From Occultella glacieicola (GTDB taxonomy: Bacteria > Actinomycetota > Actinomycetes > Actinomycetales > Beutenbergiaceae): a stretch of 64,000 nt of DNA. Under the pieces are notes generated by a model. The model did not search any database, had not been told where the DNA came from, and worked only from the letters and a program-made list of their open reading frames with translations. The position numbers and the translations under genes were made by a program. The stretch covers positions 62,001 through 126,000 of the forward strand of contig NZ_SMNA01000001.1 of assembly GCF_004353825.1 (NCBI RefSeq), read 5' to 3'. Positions 9,414-17,428 of this stretch are shown here, one piece after another. The first letter of the stretch is position 1. Every line of letters starts with the position of its first letter.

Positions 9414-10207
9414 CGGCGTCCCTTCTTGATCAGGGCGGTGGCCCTGTTCACCAACGGTCGCGGCGCGTGTCGGGCACCCCAGGCGAGGAGCTTGAACCGC
9501 CGCGACGGGATCGACCTGGTCCGGCCCCGGTCCACATCGGCGAGGCAGTCGGCCACGAGTCGGTCCGCATCGAGCCACAGTACCGAGGGGATCGAGTTCG
9601 TGCGGATCGCGGCGCGCTCGTGGAACTCGGTGCGCACCCATCCCGGCAGCAGGGTCATCACCGTGACGCCGGTGCCGGCCAGTTCGATGCCGAGCCCCTC
9701 CGAGTAGGAGTTCACCCACGCCTTGATCGCCGAGTAGGAGCCCATCGGGATCAGGCCGGCCACCGAGGCGACGTTGATGATGAGGCCACTGCCCCGCTGC
9801 GTCATCGCCCGACCGGCGGCGCCGCCGAGCACGAGCACACCGCCCACCATGAGGTCGATCGCCTGCAGGTGGGGGCTGGGGTCCTCGCTGATCAGCGGCG
9901 TGTGCACGCCGTGGCCGGCGTTGTTGACGAGCACGGTCACCGGCACGTCCGTCCGGGTCAGCCGCGCCACGGCGAGGTCGACGCCGTCGGGCTCGGCGAG
10001 GTCCGCCGTCAGGGTCTCGACCGTGATCCCGAACTCGTGCCGCAGGTCCGCCGCGGTGGAGTCCAGCCGCTGGGCGTCGCGGGCCACGAGGACCAGGTCG
10101 AGCCCTCGGCCCGCGAGGCCCTTGGCGAACGCCAGGCCGATGCCGGACGTGCCACCGGTGACCATCGCGGTGCCGGTCAGCGGTGAGTTCTCGGCGGCGG
10201 ACGTCAT
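9410..10207 (-). CDS. Classical SDR family oxidoreductase
   Basis: TGGTSGIG, NNAG, YSAIK (YxxxK), PGWVRTEF. Confidence 0.9.
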   Translation of the reverse strand: MTSAAENSPLTGTAMVTGGTSGIGLAFAKGLAGRGLDLVLVARDAQRLDSTAADLRHEFGITVETLTADLAEPDGVDLAVARLTRTDVPVTVLVNNAGHGVHTPLISEDPSPHLQAIDLMVGGVLVLGGAAGRAMTQRGSGLIINVASVAGLIPMGSYSAIKAWVNSYSEGLGIELAGTGVTVMTLLPGWVRTEFHERAAIRTNSIPSVLWLDADRLVADCLADVDRGRTRSIPSRRFKLLAWGARHAPRPLVNRATALIKKGRR

Positions 10208-12471
10208 CGTCGGCCCGATCCGGTGAGGCTGCGCAGAACCGGGGAGAACCGCCCCTCGGCGGTCGTCGTCCAGCTGTGCACCGGCCAGCGCTTCTCCTTG
10301 GCGTACCGGTACAGGGAGGAGTCGGGGTTGACCACGTTCGGGTGGCCGACCACCTCCAGCCAGGGACGGTCGGAGTAGGTGTCGCCGTAGGCGTAGGAGC
10401 CGGCGAGGTCGACGCCGGAGTCCCGGGCGTACCGGGTCAGCCAGGTGGCGCGGGCCTCGTCCACGAGCGGGGAGGTGGCCAGGTGCCCGGTCCAGCGGCC
10501 GTCGGAGTCCTTCTCCATCTCGCCGGCCACGATCACGTCGAACATGTCCGAGAGCGGCTCCACGAACACGTCGATCTGCCCGGTGACCAGGACGGTTCGG
10601 TGCCCTGCGGCGCGGTGTTCCGCGATCCGCTCGGTCGCTTCGGCGAGCACCCTGGCCCGCAGCGACGGGGTCACCTTCCGCGCGATGATGTCGCGCAGCG
10701 CGGCCTCATTGACCCCCTCGTACCGGCGCATGAAACTGCGGATGAAGTCGCCGCGGTCACGCCACTCGGCCTGCAGGTAGGTCCCGGAGTTGGCGACCAT
10801 GCCGCCGAGCTCACGCAGTGCCTGGCCCGAACCCTTCGCGGCGAGCTCGACCCACACGTAGTGCTCGATCAGGCTGGCCGCGGCCACGGTGCCGTGCAGG
10901 TCGAACACGGCGAGCACGTCGGTGCGCTGCGGGAGGGCACGCTTGGTGGCGCCACCGGAGGAACCACGCCGGCTACGGGACCGCATCAGGCCGGGGACCT
11001 TCGGGACGTGCACCTCCATCATGTAGTAGTCCCAGTCGATCGCCGTGACGTCGAAACCGTGGGACTCGCGCCGCTCCGGCGGCACGGTCTCGTGCAGCGC
11101 ACGGGTGTTCGCGTCGTCGAAGACGACCTCGGTCTGGGTGTACGGCTTGTAGAGGTCCGTGAACTTGCGCAGGGTGCCGAGGTCGCGCTTCGCCTTGAAG
11201 ACGGCGGAGATCCAGCCGCGGGTGCGGTCGTTCGCGGGCAGCCGGCCGACGGCCCGGTCGGCCAGGTCGACGGCGAGTTCCCGGCGGCGCAGGCTGCGCT
11301 CGACTGCGGGTCCGTTCGGGAACGTCCAGTTCGGCACCTGCACGGTGCTGCCCTCGTCGTCCAGGAGCGGGTGGGCGCTGAAGTACTCCCGGATCATCGA
11401 GACCATCCGCCCGAACCGCAGCGGGTTCCGGATGCCGGAGGCCACCTGGTAGTAGCGGGGCTCGCCGACGGCCGAGGGCGCGGCGGCCGCGGCGAGGATG
11501 GCGTTGACGACGTGGTCGACCGGGATCACGTCCAGGATCGTGTCCGCGAGCGCGGGGAACTCGGGCAGCATGCCGCGCCCGTAGGCCGCGATCAGGGGGT
11601 CGGCGACCTTGAACCCGTCGATCCAACCCGGGTAGGGGTGGCTGAGCGAGCTCTCGATGATCGTGGGCCGGACCACGGAGAGCCGGTGCTCGGCCCCCCA
11701 CAGCTCCTCGGCGACCCGTTCCCCGAGCGCCTTGGTGAAGGTGTAGACGTCCGGCCAGCCGAGGGACTGGGCGCGCGTGCGCCCGGCGTCCTGGAGCCGC
11801 TCGGTGACCCAGGCCTCGCGGGCCTCCTCGGCCGCCTGGGCGACGGCCTGGGCGCCCGCGCGGCGGTGCACGGACCGGGCCTTCTCGAGGAGCTTGCCGA
11901 GGACCTCCGGCCGTCGGGACGCGGCCTCGACCTCCGCCCGGGCGGCCAGGGCCCGGGTCATCTCCTCGGTGCGGTCCACCCCGTGGTCGAGGGATCGCTC
12001 CTCGGCGACCCCCTTGCGCAGCCCGGCGACGTAACAGGTGGAGACGTGCACCACGTGCGGGTCGGAGCCGGACTCCAGCAGCGCCGTGTACAGGGACACC
12101 GGGCCGCCGACGTTGTCACGGAACGCGTCGTCGATCGGCATGTCGAAGGACACGCTCGATGCGGAGTGGATGACGACGTCGATGTCGCCCGGCAGCGCCG
12201 GCACGTCGCCGAGGTCACCGGCCAGGACGGTGACCCGACCCGCGGCGGTCGCGACGCCGTCGTCCCCCACGCGCTCGCGCCACGCGGAGAACACGGGCTT
12301 CCTCAGCAACTTGTCCACGCGCATCTGCGCGGTCAGGGCGCCGCGCGGCCGGACCAGCAGGCTGATCCGGGTGGTGGGGTAGGTCGAGAGCAGCTTCTCC
12401 AGGACGGCCTGGCCGACGAAGCCGGTGGCGCCCGTGATGAGCACGTGGGCGTTGTTCAAAGGGTCGGACAC
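10204..12471 (-). CDS. Fatty acyl-CoA reductase (extended SDR / male-sterility type) fused to a HAD-IB hydrolase domain
   Basis: N-terminus: TGATGFVGQAVLEKLL, HVSTCYVAG, YTFTKALGE, RPTIIES, PYPGWIDG, DVIPVDHVVNAIL. C-terminus: VFDLHGT, LVTG, YAYGDTYSD. GTG start preceded by TACAGT-N7. Confidence 0.85.
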   Translation of the reverse strand: MSDPLNNAHVLITGATGFVGQAVLEKLLSTYPTTRISLLVRPRGALTAQMRVDKLLRKPVFSAWRERVGDDGVATAAGRVTVLAGDLGDVPALPGDIDVVIHSASSVSFDMPIDDAFRDNVGGPVSLYTALLESGSDPHVVHVSTCYVAGLRKGVAEERSLDHGVDRTEEMTRALAARAEVEAASRRPEVLGKLLEKARSVHRRAGAQAVAQAAEEAREAWVTERLQDAGRTRAQSLGWPDVYTFTKALGERVAEELWGAEHRLSVVRPTIIESSLSHPYPGWIDGFKVADPLIAAYGRGMLPEFPALADTILDVIPVDHVVNAILAAAAAPSAVGEPRYYQVASGIRNPLRFGRMVSMIREYFSAHPLLDDEGSTVQVPNWTFPNGPAVERSLRRRELAVDLADRAVGRLPANDRTRGWISAVFKAKRDLGTLRKFTDLYKPYTQTEVVFDDANTRALHETVPPERRESHGFDVTAIDWDYYMMEVHVPKVPGLMRSRSRRGSSGGATKRALPQRTDVLAVFDLHGTVAAASLIEHYVWVELAAKGSGQALRELGGMVANSGTYLQAEWRDRGDFIRSFMRRYEGVNEAALRDIIARKVTPSLRARVLAEATERIAEHRAAGHRTVLVTGQIDVFVEPLSDMFDVIVAGEMEKDSDGRWTGHLATSPLVDEARATWLTRYARDSGVDLAGSYAYGDTYSDRPWLEVVGHPNVVNPDSSLYRYAKEKRWPVHSWTTTAEGRFSPVLRSLTGSGRR

Positions 12472-12478
12472 CCCGGTT

Positions 12479-12484
12479 ACTGTA
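12479..12484 (-). promoter_or_regulatory. Putative sigma-A -10 element (TACAGT) for a leaderless transcript starting at the FAR-HAD gene
   Basis: TACAGT-AACCGGG-GTG on the minus strand; no Shine-Dalgarno sequence. Confidence 0.5.
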
Positions 12485-12491
12485 CGCGGGG

Positions 12492-13295
12492 TCACCGGTG
12501 CCGTGCTCCCCGGGACGCGAAGCGTCCGAGGGCCTGCCGGATCGGGTGTGCGCCGGCCAGCCCCGGCAGTGCGGCGACCTGGCTGTCCGCGGCGTCGATG
12601 TCGGCGCGCACGGACGGGTCCGCGAACAGGTACCGCAGGACCGGTTGGACGTAGCCGGGGGCGCCGTAGCGGGAGCCGGGCCACCGCCAGGTCCGCACGG
12701 CGCGCCGCCCGAGACGGCCCGCGGCGGGGGAGGCGGCGAGCCGGTCGGAGGCCTCGTCGACGTAGAACTCCACGTGCCGGTCCTTGATCGCCACGATCGG
12801 GTCGATCACCGCGCCCAGGCGTGGCTCCAGCTGCCCGGCCCGCGCGTAGCTCGCGCGGGCCACCAGGCTGTCCAGGAGCCCGACGGCCATGTGTCCCGCC
12901 ACGATGTCGCTGCCGAGCAGGTTCGTGCGGATCGCGTCCGCGGTCGGGCTCACCCGGTCGTCCCAACTGCGACGCAACTCGCCCAGCTTCGTGCTGTGGG
13001 CCACCTCGGTGTGGTTGTTCTCGTCGAGCACGGCCTCGAGGGCGTCGGCGATCCAGTACTCCTCATAGGCCCAGGTGGTCAGGAAGGCGGTGACCCGGGA
13101 CTCGGCGTGCGTGGGGGTGACGAGCAGATCCCGCATCAGCCGCAGGGTGCCGCGTTCGACCTGTTGCAGGTGCCGCAGCGTGAGCAGGGTGTTCGTGCCG
13201 AGTCCCTGCAGGGCGGCCAGGTCGAGGTCCTTGCGGCGCAGCGACCGGGGGGTGCGGGTGTAGGAGCGCACGTCGAAGCCGGCGGAGTCGGACAT
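12492..13295 (-). CDS. Ferritin-like superfamily protein, degenerate paralog of 13364-14158
   Basis: Collinear with its neighbour (FDV..Y, DLDL, RDLLVT, FLTTWAYEE, GHMAVG, RHVEFY), but several metal ligands are substituted. Alternative start 13304. Confidence 0.75.
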   Translation of the reverse strand: MSDSAGFDVRSYTRTPRSLRRKDLDLAALQGLGTNTLLTLRHLQQVERGTLRLMRDLLVTPTHAESRVTAFLTTWAYEEYWIADALEAVLDENNHTEVAHSTKLGELRRSWDDRVSPTADAIRTNLLGSDIVAGHMAVGLLDSLVARASYARAGQLEPRLGAVIDPIVAIKDRHVEFYVDEASDRLAASPAAGRLGRRAVRTWRWPGSRYGAPGYVQPVLRYLFADPSVRADIDAADSQVAALPGLAGAHPIRQALGRFASRGARHR

Positions 13296-13363
13296 GAACG
13301 GCATCCGGGCGCCGGCAGCACCCACCGGGCGACCGGGGCCGCCGGACCCGCGGGACGGCCCGC

Positions 13364-14158
13364 TCACGCCGCCACGCCGCGGGCGTCGAGGGCGTCGGCG
13401 AAGATGGTCAGGCCCTCCATGCCGGGCAGTCGGCCGATGTGACGGTCGATCGCGTTGATCTCCTTGCGACCCTCCGCGCCTCCGAACAGGTGACCCATCA
13501 CGTGGGTCACCTCGTCGTCGGTCATGATCCCCGAACCCACCGGTGCCCACGCGTTCTTCAGGGCGAACCGGGCGAGCTTCTGCGCCTTCGGGTTGCCGGC
13601 GAGCCGGGCCTTCGCCTGGGTCGCGTAGAACGCCACGTGCCGGGACTCCTGGGCGGCGATCCGCCGGAGCAGCTCGGCCAGGGACGGGTGCCCCTCGAGC
13701 ACACCGAGACGCTTGTAGGCGGCCGCCGCGGACCACTCGTTGGCGGCCCCCCAGAGCATGTGCACGGCCACGAAGTCCTTGCCGACGATGTTGCTGAGCA
13801 GGGACTGCTTCACCGGCGCGAGCCGGTCCCGCCAGCCGAGCTTGACCCGGCGGTCCTTGAGCTGGTCGTAGTTCACGGTCACCCCGTGCAGGGAGAGCAC
13901 GTGCGCGAGTGCCTCCCCGTGCCAGAACTCCTCGCGGTTCCACATGGTCATGAAGGCGTTCACCTCGCCCTCCCCGTGGGAGCGGGTGACCAGCATGTCC
14001 CGCAGGTAGCACACGGTGTGGTACTCGACGTCGCACATGTACCGCAACGTCCGGATCGACTCCGGCGGCAGCGGGTTCTCGCGGAAGTTGTCGAGGTCGA
14101 GGTCCTCCCAGTTGACCCGCACGGAGTCCTGGGTGAACTTGTCGATATCAAAAGCCAT
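13364..14158 (-). CDS. Ferritin-like diiron protein (acyl-ACP desaturase-like fold)
   Basis: Diiron ligand pattern E...ExxH...E...ExxH: DVE, WNREEFWH, ANE, IAAQESRHVAFY. Confidence 0.8.
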   Translation of the reverse strand: MAFDIDKFTQDSVRVNWEDLDLDNFRENPLPPESIRTLRYMCDVEYHTVCYLRDMLVTRSHGEGEVNAFMTMWNREEFWHGEALAHVLSLHGVTVNYDQLKDRRVKLGWRDRLAPVKQSLLSNIVGKDFVAVHMLWGAANEWSAAAAYKRLGVLEGHPSLAELLRRIAAQESRHVAFYATQAKARLAGNPKAQKLARFALKNAWAPVGSGIMTDDEVTHVMGHLFGGAEGRKEINAIDRHIGRLPGMEGLTIFADALDARGVAA

Positions 14159-14228
14159 CAGGGTGTGCCCTTCACTCCCGGTGCTGCACGTGACGGTCAG
14201 CCAGGCGCCGTAGGCCCGGGGCGGGTGA

Positions 14229-14249
14229 ACGCTACACGGACTGTAGCGT
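14229..14249. promoter_or_regulatory. Palindromic operator ACGCTACA-N5-TGTAGCGT, likely a TetR site
   Basis: Perfect 8-bp inverted repeat just downstream of a minus-strand TAGGCT -10 (14261-14266), between tetR and the ferritin-like gene. Confidence 0.65.
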
Positions 14250-14292
14250 CTTGCGGTCCGAGCCTACGACCTCGACGGGAGTTCGTGCCACA

Positions 14293-14862
14293 TCAGTCTT
14301 CGGATGGGTCCGACGTCGCCTGCAGGGAGATCCGGAGGGTGGCCACGACGGAGTCCGTCCAGCCCGCCGGGAACGTTCCGGAGTGGGCGAACCGAGCCGC
14401 GACGGCGCCGAGGAGCAGGTCGACGGCGACCTCGATGTCCGCGTCCGGGCGGACCTGCCCGGTGGCGACCCCGTCACGCAGCCGCGCGACCGCGAGCGCG
14501 ATCCGCGGCCGCAGCAGTTTGTCCCGGATGAGTTCCACCTGGTTCTGGTCCTCGCTCTGCACCAGGCCGAGGAACACGCCCGAGCCCGGGCCACCCTCCA
14601 GGGTCGCGATCAGGGACTCCACGGCGGCGCGCATGTCCCTCCAGACGTCATCGCCGGGTTCGAGCACGCGGGAGGCCATGTGGTCGCCGAGCGCTGCGGC
14701 GAGCACCGCGTCGCGGTCCTTGTGACGCCGGTAGATGGTGGTCCTGGCCACGCCGGACTCGGCCGCGACCGCCTCGACGGTCACGGCCAGGGGACCGTGG
14801 GTCCGCAGCAGGTTCATCGCCGCCGCGTAGATGCGACGGTCGACCTCCTCGCGGCGCGACAT
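14293..14862 (-). CDS. TetR/AcrR family transcriptional regulator
   Basis: HTH 'VTVEAVAAESGVARTTIYRRH'. Confidence 0.9.
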   Translation of the reverse strand: MSRREEVDRRIYAAAMNLLRTHGPLAVTVEAVAAESGVARTTIYRRHKDRDAVLAAALGDHMASRVLEPGDDVWRDMRAAVESLIATLEGGPGSGVFLGLVQSEDQNQVELIRDKLLRPRIALAVARLRDGVATGQVRPDADIEVAVDLLLGAVAARFAHSGTFPAGWTDSVVATLRISLQATSDPSED

Positions 14863-14867
14863 CCGGG

Positions 14868-15134
14868 TCAGGCGTCGAGGTCGCTGGCGAGCAGTTCGGC
14901 CAGTTCGTCGAGGACGCGTTCGGCGCGGGGCCCGTCCGCATGCAGCGTGACCTTGTCCCCGTACTTCGCACCGATGGTCATCACCCCGAGGATGCTCGCG
15001 GCATCCTGGGGGACCGACCCGTTCTTGGAGATCCGCACCGAGATGCCGGAATCCTCGGCCGCCCGCGTGAAGATCGCCGCCGGGCGGGCATGCAGTCCCA
15101 CCGGCGAACCAATCGTCGCCGTGCGCTCAGCCAT
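14868..15134 (-). CDS. ptsH: HPr family phosphocarrier protein
   Basis: GLHARPA (His15) and DAASILGVM (Ser46) motifs; 88 aa. Confidence 0.9.
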   Translation of the reverse strand: MAERTATIGSPVGLHARPAAIFTRAAEDSGISVRISKNGSVPQDAASILGVMTIGAKYGDKVTLHADGPRAERVLDELAELLASDLDA

Positions 15135-15173
15135 CGTCGGATCCTTCGTGGGTGTGGGGCTTGGACCCCTAAT

Positions 15174-16190
15174 CTACCCGTTCGCCGACGTCCATTCGAG
15201 CAGTGCCGGGGCCGCCCACGCGTTCACGATCCGGTCCGGCGTGAGCCCCGCCGCGGCGGCCCGCGCGCACCCGTGGTCGAGCAGGTCGAGCTGGCCGGGG
15301 GCGTGCGCGTCGGAGTCGATCGCGAACAGGCACTCCATCTCGACGGCGAGGTGGAGCAGCCGGGTGGGTGGGTCCCGTCGTTCGGGGCGTGAGTTGATCT
15401 CCACGGCGACCCCGAACCGGCGGCAGGCCTCGAAGACGAGCTCGGCGTCGAACTCCGACTCCGGCCGGGTGCCCCGCGCGCCCAGGACCCGGCGCCCGGT
15501 GCAGTGCCCGAGCACGTCGACGCGCGGGTTCGCGATCGCGGTGACCATCCGCCGGGTCATCTGCTCGGCCGGCATCCGCAGGGCGGAGTGGACGCTCGCG
15601 ACCACGATGTCGAGGGAGTCGAGGAGGTCCGCCTCGCCGTCGAGCGTGCCGTCCTCGAGGATGTCCACCTCCACCCCGGTGAGGATGCGGAACGGGGCCA
15701 GCTCGGCGTTCAGCGCGGCCACCTGCTCGATCTGCGCGCGCAGGCGCTCCGGGGAGAGCCCGCGCGCCACGGTCAGCCGCGGCGAGTGGTCGGTCAGGGC
15801 CAGGTAGGAGTGGCCGAGGTCGATCGCGACGGCGGCCATCTCGGTGATCGGGCTCCCACCGTCGGAGGCGTCGGAGTGGGTGTGCAGGTCGCCGCGAAGC
15901 CAGCCGCGCACCTGCTCGGCACCGTCGACGAGGGGCCCGGCGGCACGCTCCAGGTCCGCCAGGTACTGCGGCACCTCACCGCGTGCGGCCGCCATCGCGA
16001 CACCGGCCGTGCGGGGGCCGACGTCGGGCAGGTCCGTCAGCGTGCCGGCGGCGAGGTGGTCGGCGAGCTCGTCGGGGTCGAGGCCGCGCAGGCGGCGCGC
16101 CGCCCGGCGGAACGCCTGGATCCGGTGGGTGTCCGCGAGGTCGCGCTCGAGGAGGAACGCCACCCGTTCCAGCGCATCGATCGGATCCAC
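15174..16190 (-). CDS. PHP domain protein with a PolX-like N-terminal helix-hairpin-helix region
   Basis: 'AFRRAA', 'LPDVGPRTA' HhH; PHP motifs DLHTHS, LTDHS, GVEVDI, SVHS, LGHCTGR, EINS, IDSDAH. Confidence 0.85.
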   Translation of the reverse strand: MDPIDALERVAFLLERDLADTHRIQAFRRAARRLRGLDPDELADHLAAGTLTDLPDVGPRTAGVAMAAARGEVPQYLADLERAAGPLVDGAEQVRGWLRGDLHTHSDASDGGSPITEMAAVAIDLGHSYLALTDHSPRLTVARGLSPERLRAQIEQVAALNAELAPFRILTGVEVDILEDGTLDGEADLLDSLDIVVASVHSALRMPAEQMTRRMVTAIANPRVDVLGHCTGRRVLGARGTRPESEFDAELVFEACRRFGVAVEINSRPERRDPPTRLLHLAVEMECLFAIDSDAHAPGQLDLLDHGCARAAAAGLTPDRIVNAWAAPALLEWTSANG

Positions 16191-16231
16191 GGCTCGACGC
16201 TACCCGGCGGCACCGGTCGCGTCGATGCCGG

Positions 16232-17206
16232 TCATCGCCCGGCGCCCGCCCAGGGCCGTCCGAGACGTAGCCACCGGGCGGCTCCCGCGATCGCCGCGGC
16301 CGGGCCGAGCCGGGCCGGGTGGAGCTCGATGCCCGCCAGGGGTGGGATGAGTTCCCGGCGGAGTTCGGCCTCCATCGGTCCCCACCAGAGGTCTCCGGCG
16401 CCGGCCGCACCGCCCCCGACCACCACGACGTCCGGGTCGAGCATGGTCACGATGCCCGCGATGCCGCGGCCGAGCGCGCGGCCGGTCTCGGACAACGCCC
16501 GCACTGCCGTCTCCTCGCCACCGGCCGCGCGCCGCGCCACGTCCCGGTTGTCGGCGCTCGCGGGGTCGCCGCCCAGGGCGAGGTAGCGGCGGTGGATCGC
16601 CGGCCCGGCGGCGATCGCCTCCAGGTGGCCGTCGCGACCGCAGGTGCACCGGAGCCCGACGGCGTCCGCGGAGGGCAGGTGGCCGAGCTCACCGGCGCTG
16701 TGGTGGGCGCCGCGCCACGGCAGCCCGCGGGCGACGAGGCCCGCGCCGATCCCGGTGCCCGCGGCGACCATGAGGACCACGTCCGCGCCGGCCCCGGCGC
16801 CGATCCAGGCCTCGCCCACGGCGTGCGCGTCCACGTCGTTGAGCACGCCGACGGGTGCCTCGGGCGCCAGCACGTCCGCGAGCCGGGCGCGCAGTCCCCC
16901 GGCGACGTCGGTTCCGGCCCAGTCGCTCATCGCGTCGGTCGCCGAGATGATCCTGCCGCTGTGCGCCTCCACCACCCCGGCACTGGCGACGCCCAGACCG
17001 ACCAGACCTGCGCCGTCGCCGGCCGGTGCCGCACCGGCATCGGCGGCGACCCGCCGGACCAGCCCGGCCACGGCCTCGAGCACGGCGCCCGGGCCGGCCT
17101 TCGCCGGGGTGGCGACCTCATGCAGACCGCGCACCGCGCCGTCGGCGCCGACGAGCGCGGCGGCCGTCTTGGTGCCGCCGAGGTCCACGCCGATCACGGT
17201 GTTCAT
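16232..17206 (-). CDS. ROK family sugar kinase
   Basis: GVDLGGTK, NDVDAHAVGE, GTGIGAG and GELGH...CTCGRDGHLE. Confidence 0.88.
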   Translation of the reverse strand: MNTVIGVDLGGTKTAAALVGADGAVRGLHEVATPAKAGPGAVLEAVAGLVRRVAADAGAAPAGDGAGLVGLGVASAGVVEAHSGRIISATDAMSDWAGTDVAGGLRARLADVLAPEAPVGVLNDVDAHAVGEAWIGAGAGADVVLMVAAGTGIGAGLVARGLPWRGAHHSAGELGHLPSADAVGLRCTCGRDGHLEAIAAGPAIHRRYLALGGDPASADNRDVARRAAGGEETAVRALSETGRALGRGIAGIVTMLDPDVVVVGGGAAGAGDLWWGPMEAELRRELIPPLAGIELHPARLGPAAAIAGAARWLRLGRPWAGAGR

Positions 17207-17319
17207 CTGGGGCTGCTCCGTCCGGGTCCGGGAATCCGGCCCAATTCCACCACGGCGCACGGCGTCCGCGGTGCCGCCGGCTCAGCCCGCGAGCGCGCAA
17301 CGCTGGGTGGGTTCGCGAA

Positions 17320-17369
17320 CCGGCCGGCGAAAGTGCTGAAGCGGCGACCACTTCGTCACTCTCGGCCGG
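17320..17369. repeat. REP-like palindromic element
   Basis: Arms CGAAAGTGCTGAAGCGG / CCACTTCGTCACTCTCG; the reverse complement of the right arm matches the repeats at 48634 and 48707. Confidence 0.55.
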
Positions 17370-17428
17370 CTCCGGGTGCCGCGGCAGCGGGCGGAGGTGC
17401 GCCCGGCCGCGTCAACTAGATTGGCTCC

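Noticed and set aside
13364..14158. Translation GTPase (LepA) or iron-storage ferritin identity for the ferritin-like proteins
   Set aside because: No P-loop or G motifs; the length (264 aa) and ligand spacing fit desaturase/R2-like diiron enzymes rather than storage ferritins.
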